In this document: positions 62,301-64,000 of the stretch, one piece after another | How positions within the stretch are numbered: position 1 is the stretch's first letter | How the letters are laid out: every line of letters begins with the position of its first letter | Assembly: GCA_051362555.1 (NCBI GenBank) | Contig: CM120640.1 | Span: 68,922,788 to 68,986,787 of the forward strand | Direction of reading: 5' to 3' | DNA from: Lingula anatina | Taxonomy: Eukaryota; Animalia; Brachiopoda | Length of the DNA: 64,000 nucleotides | The notes under the pieces: model-generated | The model's input: the letters and a program-made list of their open reading frames with translations, nothing else | What the model was told of the DNA's origin: nothing | Databases searched by the model: none | Program-made: the position numbers and the translations under genes

Positions 62301-64000
62301 GGGTCGCCATACATTTTCCCATTGATAGAACATTTATTAAATGTCATAATGTTCTGGAATAAATGAATGCAAATCAACAGTTCATTCAAGTGCAAGGAAA
62401 ACAAAATCAAATAAAACATAATAGGCTGTTTGAAAATCTTAGAAAGCAACACATTTTATTTAAATAGGCTTGGTTTGTCACTTTAAGCCACCCAATCAGG
62501 CTTTCACAAAAACTTAAAAACAAAGGTTTCTGAATTTTTCCTCAGCCAATACAAGTTATCTTCAAATATTACGGGACAGGAGGGTGGATGGGTGGGTGGA
62601 GGGGGGGGGGGGGGGGGTAAAACCATTTCTACCCCTATTGCTCACAATGGTGGTAAAAAAAAATCAATTACCTGTGTAAGTGTCCCAGTTTTGTCTGAAA
62701 AAATATATTCTATCTGGCCTAATTCTTCATTGAGAGTGGTAGTCCTGGCCCTGGCTGGGGTGTCAGACTGGGGGTGGTGCATCTTCCTATCCCAGTTGAT
62801 CCACCAACTGTTCACAAAACGTATCACCTCAACACTGGAAGGGAGCAGCAGGCTTTCACATAATGTACAGAGTACAAAACTAAATAATATACTTCCAATA
62901 TGAACTCTGGGTGGAACAGTAAATGAATAAATGGGAAAAAATACACCAAAATATCTAAATTCCAGAAGTGTGTGTGACAACGTTCAGGAAGAGGAACATG
63001 ATTATTTCCTTGAGCAGGGATAAGACTGCCATATAATAAAGAGAAAAAATCAGAAAAGATGGCGTGGGGTCCAGGGGAACGCCTAAGCCAATGATATTTT
63101 TGGCTCCAAAAAAGCCAGAAATCTGCCAATAGTCTGAAAAATCTCATACCTGCTTGAGAAAGAAATTGCATAAATGTTATTTGGGATTGTTAATCAGGAA
63201 CAGTTGTGATAACGACTGCTATAACAGTCTTCTAAAAATGATGCATTTAATCAAAGATGTTTTGTGAAATTAATTTCTCTCACCTGACATACAAAGAGAT
63301 TGGCACCACTGTATTCAATATGATGACGTATGAGAAGAAAACCATGAGTGCCAGCACCGTGGCCCCAGCCTCTTTGGTGCCAGACGTGGTCCCCAGGGAC
63401 GTCCCCGGGATATAGTCCTCCCAGGGTAAGTAGAGCTGGAAGTCAAAGCCTGTGGTCGACTCCCAGATACCAAATGCCACCGTGCAAATAAGGCACAAAC
63501 AGCATAAGGCAATCACAATCTGGAAATGCATTTATTCAGAACTTTAGGAAAACATGAGATCTTTTCCCGTGTATTTTATATAAAGTTAAAAGAATTCTTC
63601 AATTCTATTGAAGATACTGAAGTTGTAATTCTTTCTCAATAAAATACCATCAAAATAATCATCATACTGCCTGTCAAATGGATTAGATCAAACAGAGGAA
63701 GTTTGGCTGCCATTCTAAGGTAAATGCTGCTGCCTCATCCCATTTGGACACCTCAGTATTCATTTTGTTTCTGTGCCATAATAACTCACTAAAACTCACC
63801 CTAATAATGAGAACATTCATGAGACGATCAATATTGGTCCTTTTGAACATGCTCTCTCCACAGTTCATCATGAGTTTTGTGTCTTGTCCAGCAAACACCA
63901 CCAACCCATAACACCACATGGTATTTCTTAGTACACAACCACGGAGGAGGATCTTGTCGTTATCCACTGAATACGCCTCCCCCTTCCACTTCAGGGTGCC
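56329..64000 (-). CDS. P4-ATPase phospholipid flippase, ATP8B class; 5' part outside the window
   Basis: Exons (>64000)-63800, 63519-63284, 62834-62672, 62353-62264, 61943-61784, 61651-61572, 61410-61309, 61152-61033, 60398-60301, 59976-59798, 59680-59439, 59010-58827, 58387-58164, 58023-57940, 57629-57384 and 56943-56329. Motifs [52 protein letters not shown] and C-terminal [13 protein letters not shown]. Confidence 0.95.
60435..60754. mobile_element. Short MITE related to 16464-17294, 3-bp TSD (ggg), in a flippase intron
   Basis: tcaggcctacccaactaccagactc...gagtctggtagttaggaaggcctga; largely palindromic; 36 bp from the exon 60398-60301. Confidence 0.9.

Overview
AT-rich, intron-rich animal genomic DNA; the repeat and TE content suggests a mollusc or other lophotrochozoan. 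Four host genes can be rebuilt exon by exon: the 3' half of DNA polymerase kappa (POLK, +), TM2D3/almondex (-), pyroglutamyl-peptidase I (PGPEP1, +, head-to-head with TM2D3) and the 3' part of an ATP8B-type P4-ATPase flippase (-). Between POLK and TM2D3 (about 4-40 kb) lies a patchwork of transposon remnants, almost all on the minus strand: Academ-like, Helentron-derived HINE, DIRS/Ngaro, Polinton polB, Harbinger/THAP, BEL-like and SINE. The main finding is two adjacent tyrosine-recombinase (YR) DNA transposons of CryptonV type, each bracketed by (CA)n tracts and each with its own array of short end motifs. The first encodes an apparently intact 11-exon, ~908-aa protein: PWWP chromatin-reader domain, Zn finger, YR and Myb-like C-terminus. 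The PWWP exon is too short to appear in the ORF track. All family assignments come from motif recognition by eye, not from database searches.
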